Source: an uncultured archaeon
GTDB lineage: Archaea; Asgardarchaeota; Thorarchaeia; Thorarchaeales; Thorarchaeaceae
Assembly (NCBI GenBank): GCA_964590575.1
Contig: CAZPWM010000002.1
Coordinates: 20,299 to 84,298 of the forward strand
DNA length: 64,000 nucleotides
Reading direction: 5' to 3'
This document shows, piece by piece, positions 30,046-40,480 of this stretch; position 1 is the first letter of the stretch; each line of letters starts with the position of its first letter. A model generated the notes under the pieces. That model was not told where the DNA came from and ran no database searches. It saw only the letters and a program-made list of their open reading frames with translations. The translations under genes were made by a program, and so were the position numbers.

Positions 30046-30200
30046 AGTCTTTGGAAAACCTAAACAGGTCTAATCAATTTTATCTCTTGACGCGATTCGC
30101 TTCTCCCGTTCCTCTGGCAAGAAAAAGATGGCACAGATAGTTTTCTTGCTGTTACTATTCGCGCTCAGATTAAGTAGCAACAGGTTGCAATCATTTGAGT

Positions 30201-31250
30201 CTAGAGGCGTTGTAAAATGTACTGAGCTTCTCCAATAATCCTCAGTATCTCCTTTGGGAGAATGTCGTAAGCACCATATTCTACCAATATCTCTTCATAG
30301 AATCCAGGTTCGATTTCACTGATTTGATCCATGAAGACTCCATCTACCATGCTGGAGAATTCCTTGAGGATGATGAGAGTTCTACCCAGGGAGCAGGCAG
30401 CCTGTCGCATTTCAAAGACAGCCATTTCATAGTCACCATTATAGGTCAATCCTCGAGCCCCATTATACTCTCTCTGGGCACTCGCCAAGAAACCAGTAGC
30501 AAGTATGGCCTGCTCATCGACTATTGCACTACTTATTCGTGACTCGGCTATGTCTAGCCATTGCTGCAAATCTTTGAGCGCTGTCAATAGTTTTGGCTCA
30601 TCCATTCCCTTGAGCTTGAATGCCCTTAACAATATAGAATAGGTCATAGGGTCAAGCATTCTTAGCTCGGTCAAGACCTCCGCTGGTTTGAGTATCAAGA
30701 AGGTGTTGTTCAGCATTAGGACGACACGTCCAAGATTGAACAGGCCTTGACGCAGCTCAAAGATTGCACTCGGTCCCTCATCCTCTTCAGCGAGTTTTTT
30801 AGCTCTGGTTAAGTACTCCAATGTTGAACTCTTGACCTGTGAGATGGACTCTTCAGACCATACATAGTCCTTGGTCTTCTTCTGCCATTCACCCGCCTTT
30901 CCATCGGTGTCATGCATTACAAGTGAATTTCTTAAACGATTGATGACTTCGGATATCTTGGTAACATCGCTCGTGACCCTATCAAATACATTCTCAACCT
31001 CTTTAACGGTCATAAAAACCATGTCCACAAGCACCTCTTTATGCGAGGACATCAATCTCACTGGAGCCTCATCTGCATCCCAAACGATGCATATGTCCAA
31101 GTCCGAGTTTGCTGTGGCAGTTCCCCTTACATACGATCCATACACGAAAATACCTTTGACATTCTTATGTCTCTTCCATTCATTCACAGTGTCTTTCAGT
31201 GCTTCTGTAAAACGTTTACGAACGTCAGCCATCTTCTCCTTCGACTCCAA
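30201..31250 (-). CDS. Pol-beta-type nucleotidyltransferase with two helical (HEPN-like) bundles
   Basis: YGSYVRGTATANSDLD (GSx10DxD); repeated AxFExRQ...LGR segments. Confidence 0.8.
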   Translation of the reverse strand: MESKEKMADVRKRFTEALKDTVNEWKRHKNVKGIFVYGSYVRGTATANSDLDICIVWDADEAPVRLMSSHKEVLVDMVFMTVKEVENVFDRVTSDVTKISEVINRLRNSLVMHDTDGKAGEWQKKTKDYVWSEESISQVKSSTLEYLTRAKKLAEEDEGPSAIFELRQGLFNLGRVVLMLNNTFLILKPAEVLTELRMLDPMTYSILLRAFKLKGMDEPKLLTALKDLQQWLDIAESRISSAIVDEQAILATGFLASAQREYNGARGLTYNGDYEMAVFEMRQAACSLGRTLIILKEFSSMVDGVFMDQISEIEPGFYEEILVEYGAYDILPKEILRIIGEAQYILQRL

Positions 31251-31358
31251 TGTTCACTAACAATGTGCTACCAGTGTTTCTCAAAGGGCCTCATGTCAAT
31301 AAAGCTATCTGATACGGGTCCCGACACTAATTAATAGTCGATTTACGAATGCTTTGTT

Positions 31359-32066
31359 ATGTCCCGAATAGATGGCAGAGCCAATGATGCGATAAGAGCT
31401 GTAGAATTCACACGTAATTTTCTCAAACATCCCGAAGGTTCTGTTCTAGTTGCAACTGGAGAAACCAAAGTTATCTGCACTGCAACCGTAGAGGAAGGAG
31501 TTCCTGGTTGGCTGAATGGCAAGGGACAGGGGTGGGTAACAGCTGAGTATGGCATGCTGCCTCGGTCTACAGACGACCGAATGAACAGGTACAAAGTCAG
31601 TGGAAGAACTCAAGAAATTCAACGACTAATTGGACGGTCCCTCAGGGCAGCTGTAGATATGACCAAAATTGGAGAAAACACGGTTCGGATTGACTGCGAT
31701 GTCATTCAGGCTGATGGTGGAACACGTACCGCATCCATAACAGGTGCCTATGTTGCTCTATGTGATGCAATCCAATACATGATTGAAATGGACATGATCT
31801 CCGAGAGTCCAATCATTGGTAACGTGGCTGCTGTAAGTGTTGGAATAATCACTGGTGAAACATTACTTGATCTCTGCTATTTTGAGGACTCTCAAGCAGA
31901 TGTTGACATGAATATTGTCATGCGTGGGACTGATTTTGTTGAGGTTCAAGGAACTGCAGAAGGAGCAACCTTTGGTCGTGAGGCAATGAATGAGATGGTG
32001 GATTATGCAATAAAAGGCATCTCAGAACTTATTGAGTTTCAAAATAAGACGTTGTTAGTGAAATAG
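31359..32066 (+). CDS. rph: Ribonuclease PH (bacterial type)
   Basis: [54 protein letters not shown]. Confidence 0.93.
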   Translation: MSRIDGRANDAIRAVEFTRNFLKHPEGSVLVATGETKVICTATVEEGVPGWLNGKGQGWVTAEYGMLPRSTDDRMNRYKVSGRTQEIQRLIGRSLRAAVDMTKIGENTVRIDCDVIQADGGTRTASITGAYVALCDAIQYMIEMDMISESPIIGNVAAVSVGIITGETLLDLCYFEDSQADVDMNIVMRGTDFVEVQGTAEGATFGREAMNEMVDYAIKGISELIEFQNKTLLVK

Positions 32067-32089
32067 AGCTCAATAATACGGCCTCTGGC

Positions 32090-32101
32090 AAAAGCTTTAT
32101 A
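32090..32101 (+). promoter_or_regulatory. BRE/TATA promoter of the 23S transcript
   Basis: AAAAGCTTTATA about 24 nt upstream of the structured leader starting near 32125. Confidence 0.6.
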
Positions 32102-32124
32102 CGTGAATTCTGAGAATTTAATAT

Positions 32125-32420
32125 GCTCTCGTCGAAGAGAGGGTCTTATGCGACGTAAACGTCGTGAGGCTTTTCTGGTGGCCCCGGTGACGGAAACTAC
32201 CCTCGACGGATAGCAAGCTTTAAATCGCCAGCAAATTAGGCTGGCGGAGCGCTCACTGAAATAGTGATGTGCTAGCGTTTGGTCCGGAGTTCAGAGTTTT
32301 CGAACAATGAACAAAGGTTCATCGGGACCAGGTCATGAGTGAGGTACCATTCCCGATGGAGGACCGTCAACGTGTACGGCTCTGTGAAATGTGTCATGGA
32401 GAGTCAGACGCGTGGACTGC
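32125..32420 (+). ncRNA. Highly structured ~300-nt 5' leader of the pre-23S RNA (or a co-transcribed ncRNA)
   Basis: Nested helices GTCGA 32131/TCGAC 32203, CGCCAGC 32226/GCTGGCG 32240, GCGTTTG 32275/CAGACGC 32405; no ORF. Confidence 0.55.
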
Positions 32421-32559
32421 AGAGGATGGAGGTACACTGATTCAAAATGAATTGTAGGGTAAAAAAATTAAGTTACTACAATAACTCCTTGGCATGATTA
32501 GAGATAATCATGTTCACATTGAGTGGACAACAGGTAATACTGTGTCAATACATAAGTAG

Positions 32560-32566
<7 letters not shown>
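32421..32566 (+). other. 5' arm of the 23S processing stem, including the BHB half GACAAC-AGGT-AAT-ACTGTG (32526-32544)
   Basis: 32421-32435 pairs with 35703-35717; 32473-32491 pairs with about 35674-35695; BHB half pairs with 35656-35674. Confidence 0.85.
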
Positions 32567-35632
<3,066 letters not shown>

Positions 35633-35640
<8 letters not shown>

Positions 35641-35717
35641 CAAAAGTGTACTTCGCACAGTACCTAGGGTTGTCAAGAAGAGTTCATTGTAGTAGCGAAG
35701 TAGTATCTCCATCCTCT
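35633..35717 (+). other. 3' arm of the 23S processing stem with BHB half CACAGT-ACCT-AGG-GTTGTC (35656-35674)
   Basis: Forms a canonical 3-4-3 bulge-helix-bulge with 32526-32544. Confidence 0.85.
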
Positions 35718-35873
35718 AGTCTTACCTATCATTTTAATCCATTCCACAATTTCAAACCCAGTGGAAGTTTTACTTGGCTTTTAGGCATAGGTTCTACGAA
35801 AGGGGTGGCCTTGTGGGGTCAGAAAAAGGAAACAATAAGTAAATATGAATCTAAGTAAAGTGGTGTATCCATT

Positions 35874-36575
35874 ATGAGAGGGGAATCACATCTGACAGCT
35901 TCATTCATGATTAGCCTGCCTACTCTCATGGTTCTGTATAATATGGCACCAGATACAATGATTGACGTGATGGGTTATGTCCTTGGAGGGGTATTACTGG
36001 GTTGCTTACTACCTGATGTAGATGCTTCGGATGCCAAGGTGATGCATGGATATTGGAGGCCAATCGGTCTTTTTGGAAAATACCTATTCTATAAACCAAT
36101 GACATGGATTTTGAGAACTCGCTCTGACGCATATCGAGAGCAACACCGCGGATATTTACACTCATTTATTGGTTGTTTTCTCGCAACGATTTTCTTTGCA
36201 ATCCCGATAGCTATCATATTTCTACATTCAACATATGTACTGCTTCTTCCCTTAGAAACGACTATTTGGGTTTGGTTTGCATGGATTGGATTACCCTTTG
36301 GTTTTCTAATGCATTTGGTTGAAGACAGCTTCACAAAATCAGGAGTACGATGGATTTTTCCTGGCGGTAAAACCTATTCAAGTCAGACAACCACTGGAAA
36401 AAAGAGTGAGTATAATCTTCTATCAGCATTCGTCGTCACATATGGCATTCTCACAGTTATTGTATACATGGCGCCTCCCTCGTTTATTGTTCTATTTGGG
36501 GCTATTCTTGGATCCCTGGTTTTGTTGGGTGCGCTTTATGCGGCTAATCCGATAATTAGTAGACTTTCAAAGTAG
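35874..36575 (+). CDS. YdjM-family membrane metal-dependent hydrolase
   Basis: MRGESH, GCLLPDVD, HRGYLHS, HLVEDSFTKSG. Confidence 0.88.
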   Translation: MRGESHLTASFMISLPTLMVLYNMAPDTMIDVMGYVLGGVLLGCLLPDVDASDAKVMHGYWRPIGLFGKYLFYKPMTWILRTRSDAYREQHRGYLHSFIGCFLATIFFAIPIAIIFLHSTYVLLLPLETTIWVWFAWIGLPFGFLMHLVEDSFTKSGVRWIFPGGKTYSSQTTTGKKSEYNLLSAFVVTYGILTVIVYMAPPSFIVLFGAILGSLVLLGALYAANPIISRLSK

Positions 36576-36921
36576 ACTGGTGCCAAGTAAAAATGACCGG
36601 AAATAGAACTGTAGAAAGTGCTACTTTTCCGGGTCAGTAAGGGTTGTGGGAACAGATTAGTACTGTCAGTGTTCCAATGTCGCAAAATCATCTGGAAAGA
36701 CCGGTTGGAAATGGGTGCGGTGCGAGAGCAACTTGCCCTGTTGGAGAGAGCCTGATTCGTATTTGAATGGTCGGAAGTGCAGTCACCTCACTTGCATCCT
36801 CTTTGTCACAGTCCACCTCACGGATCGAACCCACTGGCAGGTCATGCTCCTGCAACTTTTCTCTCCACAAGCCTTGAGTATAGTATAAAAGAGCTTGCTG
36901 GAAAGATGATATCGGAGGGAA

Positions 36922-37896
36922 GTGACGTTCAAACCAGACAAACTCAGTAAGGATGCTATATCCGCAGTGAAGCAGATAATAGGTTATAGAAGCACTCCGA
37001 TGGAAGACAGACCACAAGTAGAAGATATGTTTCAGACATCATTTGGAAAAACACTTGGTAGCCAAGTTGGTGAAATTCTAGATTTTGCAAAGAGAGGACA
37101 AATTCTCCTAATAATACTTCCACTCACTAAAATCATGGAGAAATTACAGAGATTCATTCAAGATGGAAGTTATCTTAGGGCTGAGGAAAGCTCTCTATCA
37201 CCCAAAGATATTGATAAGATGAAGGCCTTTGAGGTTGTCATGCAGGATGTCGATGTTGAGGACACTGTAGAAACTGTGGAAGATGTGATAGACCAGGACG
37301 ATGAGCTCTGGTACCTGTCATTGATAACATTTACAGTGTATGCGTATGTGGATGTTTACTCGAAGAGTCTAATCAAAAGTTTGACATCAAATCCATTACT
37401 GATGGAGAAATTAGAAACATATCTTGAAAGAGAAGCGCTTCAAAATAAAGACGATATAGAGAGAAAATATGTCACATCAGTTACAGATCTCTCGCAGTAC
37501 GGAGTTAGTCGGAGGCTTTGGACCATAGAAAGAGGTCTGTCAATAGACCAGATTTTATCTAAGATCACAAATCCAGATGTTCTTAGCATAATTAGAAGCA
37601 GCTTTATCAAAATCATAAAAACAAGACATAAAATTGCACATAGAAATCCAAAGTTGAAAAGAGATGACTACACATATGAGATGTTTGAGGGTGTTTCAAA
37701 CACTGTCGAAGAATTGGATTTCACTTTTAATGAAATAGAAGAAACATTCGGATTTCTGAAGCCAATATTTGGCACAATCAAAAATCTGGGAAAGCAGACA
37801 ATGGATAGAATTAAGAGAACTATGAATATTGCCTACATGACAATGCTGTATCCAGCATTAATTGATGTAGTAGTTCACGATTTGATGGAAGATTAG
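36922..37896 (+). CDS. HEPN-domain protein (putative RNase/defence effector)
   Basis: All-helical pattern with RHKIAH (R-x4-H); TATAAAA at 36884 and GGAGGG SD before the GTG. Confidence 0.6.
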   Translation: MTFKPDKLSKDAISAVKQIIGYRSTPMEDRPQVEDMFQTSFGKTLGSQVGEILDFAKRGQILLIILPLTKIMEKLQRFIQDGSYLRAEESSLSPKDIDKMKAFEVVMQDVDVEDTVETVEDVIDQDDELWYLSLITFTVYAYVDVYSKSLIKSLTSNPLLMEKLETYLEREALQNKDDIERKYVTSVTDLSQYGVSRRLWTIERGLSIDQILSKITNPDVLSIIRSSFIKIIKTRHKIAHRNPKLKRDDYTYEMFEGVSNTVEELDFTFNEIEETFGFLKPIFGTIKNLGKQTMDRIKRTMNIAYMTMLYPALIDVVVHDLMED

Positions 37897-38185
37897 TAAT
37901 AGTGATAATGATAAGTCATTTCTAATTATGAGTAAGAATCTCTCAAAAAGGATGGTAATCGTTTCTTAGTGCACAGGGAGTGATGACTTCATAACATCGT
38001 AGGTACCCAGACTAGAAATGTGAGGTTACCATTGATCTTGAAATCGAAAACAAGACAGGACATACACTCGCACCTAATAATATGGCAATTAGCACAATGG
38101 ATGGATGGTTTAAGGGCATCCACCCACAAGTATCAGGACTACCCCAATGAAGCACCGCACCGGATACAGACACTTCGGGTGAAGT

Positions 38186-38220
38186 GAAAAAAGAGGGGGC
38201 GGCAAATTAGCACCGCCCCA
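38186..38220 (-). terminator. Intrinsic-type terminator of the SMP-like gene
   Basis: GGGGCGG...CCGCCCC stem followed by CTCTTTTTT on the minus strand. Confidence 0.65.
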
Positions 38221-38239
38221 TTGAACTGAGAATTAGTGA

Positions 38240-38368
38240 TTACTTCTTTGATCCACCTCGATCGGCTGCACTCTGTGCACGTCTAGCAAAACCTTGATTT
38301 CGACCAGACTTGGCTGAATGACTCTGGATTCTGGATGCTGAACTCTTGGACATTCCTTTTTTTCCCAA
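38240..38368 (-). CDS. 42-aa SMP/LEA-like small basic stress protein
   Basis: GGAGGTGA SD plus TTG at 38368; ASRIQSH...GFARRAQSAADR motif; own terminator. Confidence 0.7.
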   Translation of the reverse strand: MGKKGMSKSSASRIQSHSAKSGRNQGFARRAQSAADRGGSKK

Positions 38369-38452
38369 TGATTCACCTCCGTATTCATCATGAGGAATAC
38401 TTGGCAGAATCAGAATATCAGACTTTGATGATGTGCATTGCATACGAATATT

Positions 38453-38482
38453 GTGCAAATCAGATTCACAGTACCTAGAGTT
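38453..38482 (+). repeat. Left half of a degenerate second copy of the 23S 3' arm, ending in the 10-bp direct repeat ACCTAGAGTT (38473-38482)
   Basis: GTGCAAATCA vs GTGCAGATCA (35633), 9/10; CACAGTACCTAGAGTT vs CACAGTACCTAGGGTT (35656), 15/16. Confidence 0.8.
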
Positions 38483-38494
38483 AAAACCTGTATC

Positions 38495-40231
38495 TTACAA
38501 TTGTGAGTGAACTGCAAGAGACTCCTGTGTTCCACCTTTCTCACGACTACTGTCACCAGCTTCTGAATGTCTGGGGTCTTTCAGAGTGTCGCAAGCTTTG
38601 CCCCTCTTCACTGGAACATCGTTCCTCTGATGGGACCTGGCTTCTGTCCGCTGCATTGATTCACACTCACCAGTTGGTGCGATTGCAGTCGGTGTTTCCA
38701 CAGCATTTGCCATGGCAAGGTCTTTGCCCCTCACAAACTCCACAAGTGAAGTCTGGTCATAGGAGCCAGCCACGGACTCCCCTTTCGAGTCTGGTGTCCC
38801 CTGGGGGAGTGCGGACTTCCCTACAGAAGAAGACTTCTTCCTCCGGGCTTTCAGTATGGCCCTATCCTTAGAGGTGAGCCACATCCCTAGTCCGTTCTCA
38901 TCTCTCAGTGAGGGGATGAGCATGATGAGGCGCTTCCCAATGTTGAGAGCGCCATTCAGGTCGGCGTTCAGCTTTAGTCCACAAGTGGTACAGATGAAGA
39001 GATTCTGCTTCGGTCTCGCTCCCTTATGTCCGCATTTGTGACACATGATGGAGGTCCATTGCTCTGGAACTGCTTTGAACCTCTTGGGATCGAAACCAAT
39101 TGATGCGAGCTTGTGCTCCAGCATCCCACTGATTCTTGCAAAGGCCCATCGGTGAATCTTTCCCCTGTACTCTCTTCCCCTGCTGTTCCCCTTGCGGGCT
39201 ATGTTCCTGATTCCCTTCAGCCGACCGATTGAGACATAGAGGTCATTTTGGTTTGTCATCTCTCTGATGTGGTCAGAGATGTCCCTAATCAGTTTCTTGT
39301 CATACTCTATACTGATTCGTTCTCTCTTTCCACTCAGACTCCTGAGCTGTGCAGTCACTCGATCAGTGTTCTGACCTTTGGAAACAAGGAGCTCTTTCTC
39401 TTTCTGGAGTGAAGCAACCCTCTCATCCAAAGACCTTATGCGTCGGAGCTTGTCCTCTTGTTTCCAATATCTGACGTGCTTGTATCCCTTCTTGGTTAGA
39501 AGGACTGAACACGCAGCCTTGTTTATTCCAAGGTCGATGGAGAGAACAGCAAGGGGCTTTCTAGCGGTATCAATCCTGTCAACAGCAAGAGTGACGGTGA
39601 AGATAGCCCACCACTTGCGACGAGAATCCTTGAAGATTCGAACTGTCTTCACATCTCCCTCCTTCATCCTGTTTAGATGAAATGATGAGATGGAGAGGGG
39701 AATCATGAGTCTATCATGCTGATAACGCCCCTCATTCACAGAGTCCAGCGAGTCCCGTAGTTTCAACCAGTGTCTAATCTCCAGCTCTGGTGAGTATACA
39801 AGCTCAAAACGTTGGATGAATGCAAAGCGTGGGATCTTTCGAGTAGAATATCCTATTCTCCTAAGGGGTTTGGAACCACCTTTTTCAAGATAGCTCTGCC
39901 ACATGGCAACTGCAGTACCCCTACACTCCTGAAACTCGTTCACTGAAATGTTTGGAAATCGAACCTTGAAGTCATGGGGTACCGAACTTCGGTTGGCTTT
40001 GCCTCGGGATGCTGTCAGGGTGAGTTCATCTAGTTTATTTGCGTCAAGTTTACTTCGTCTACGACCTATCAGCAACTCGTCTTCGTGACATTCAATCACT
40101 CCAAGATACGCCCTGATGACTCTTGTGTCTCTTCCAGTAATTCGGTTGAGCCGAGTCTTCTGCTTGTCAGTCATAGAGTCCCAACGTATTGGGACCTTCA
40201 CACTGATTATTGTACCCTTGGAGCGACCCAT
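38495..40231 (-). CDS. tnpB: TnpB-family RNA-guided nuclease with rearranged (Fanzor-type) RuvC and a long C-terminal tail likely overlapping the omegaRNA
   Basis: RuvC-I SIDLGINK; canonical Glu replaced (VSIGRL); alternative Glu VPEQWTS; CHKC..CTTC zinc ribbon; RuvC-III NADLNGALNI. Confidence 0.9.
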   Translation of the reverse strand: MGRSKGTIISVKVPIRWDSMTDKQKTRLNRITGRDTRVIRAYLGVIECHEDELLIGRRRSKLDANKLDELTLTASRGKANRSSVPHDFKVRFPNISVNEFQECRGTAVAMWQSYLEKGGSKPLRRIGYSTRKIPRFAFIQRFELVYSPELEIRHWLKLRDSLDSVNEGRYQHDRLMIPLSISSFHLNRMKEGDVKTVRIFKDSRRKWWAIFTVTLAVDRIDTARKPLAVLSIDLGINKAACSVLLTKKGYKHVRYWKQEDKLRRIRSLDERVASLQKEKELLVSKGQNTDRVTAQLRSLSGKRERISIEYDKKLIRDISDHIREMTNQNDLYVSIGRLKGIRNIARKGNSRGREYRGKIHRWAFARISGMLEHKLASIGFDPKRFKAVPEQWTSIMCHKCGHKGARPKQNLFICTTCGLKLNADLNGALNIGKRLIMLIPSLRDENGLGMWLTSKDRAILKARRKKSSSVGKSALPQGTPDSKGESVAGSYDQTSLVEFVRGKDLAMANAVETPTAIAPTGECESMQRTEARSHQRNDVPVKRGKACDTLKDPRHSEAGDSSREKGGTQESLAVHSQL

Positions 40232-40263
40232 TCATTTCACCTGAGGATTTAAACTTCTGACCT

Positions 40264-40314
40264 GTCTCTTTCGAGTTCACTCCCTTTCTCGTCAAGATGA
40301 AAGGTTTTGAACTC
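40264..40314. repeat. ~50-bp imperfect inverted repeat of 38478-38522, bracketing tnpB
   Basis: Collinear complementary blocks GAGTT, AAAACCT, ATCTT, GAGTGAACT, AAGAGAC. Confidence 0.75.
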
Positions 40315-40480
40315 CTACTATTTTCTGTTACATAAGGGGATTTAAACTTATTAAGCCGTTTATGAAATAAGGCATTATGAGGCACTATTATTTAAAATAA
40401 GACATTATCAATCCTTATTTGACTCACCAATAAGAACGGATATCTTATAAATTAAAATATAAGGAAGATACTGATTTGAT

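Noticed and set aside
32125-32420. SRP (7S) RNA or RNase P RNA
   Set aside because: Size fits, but the SRP helix-8 GGAA/AGCA motif and the RNase P P4 signatures were not found
36742-36867. 5S rRNA or tRNA remnant (126-nt closed domain; GGTTCGATCC on the minus strand)
   Set aside because: Lacks the 5S CCGAAC loop context and a pairable T-stem or cloverleaf
36688-37017. 109-aa minus-strand ORF and similar antisense ORFs throughout the track
   Set aside because: They overlap better-supported genes or structured non-coding DNA and show no motifs
37897-38160. Short frames between the HEPN and SMP genes
   Set aside because: Interrupted by stops and without a recognisable family; at most a decayed fragment
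38503-38513. Ordinary IS200/IS605 right end at GTTCAC
   Set aside because: Kept only as an alternative: there is no tnpA, the motif lies inside a longer inverted repeat, and a 10-bp duplication marks the boundary 24 nt further out
38495-40231. Calling the TnpB catalytically dead (TldR/Cas12k-like), or a Cas12f/Cas14 CRISPR effector
   Set aside because: The missing canonical Glu is plausibly replaced by the relocated Glu in VPEQWTS; no CRISPR array or cas1/2/4 is seen anywhere in the window
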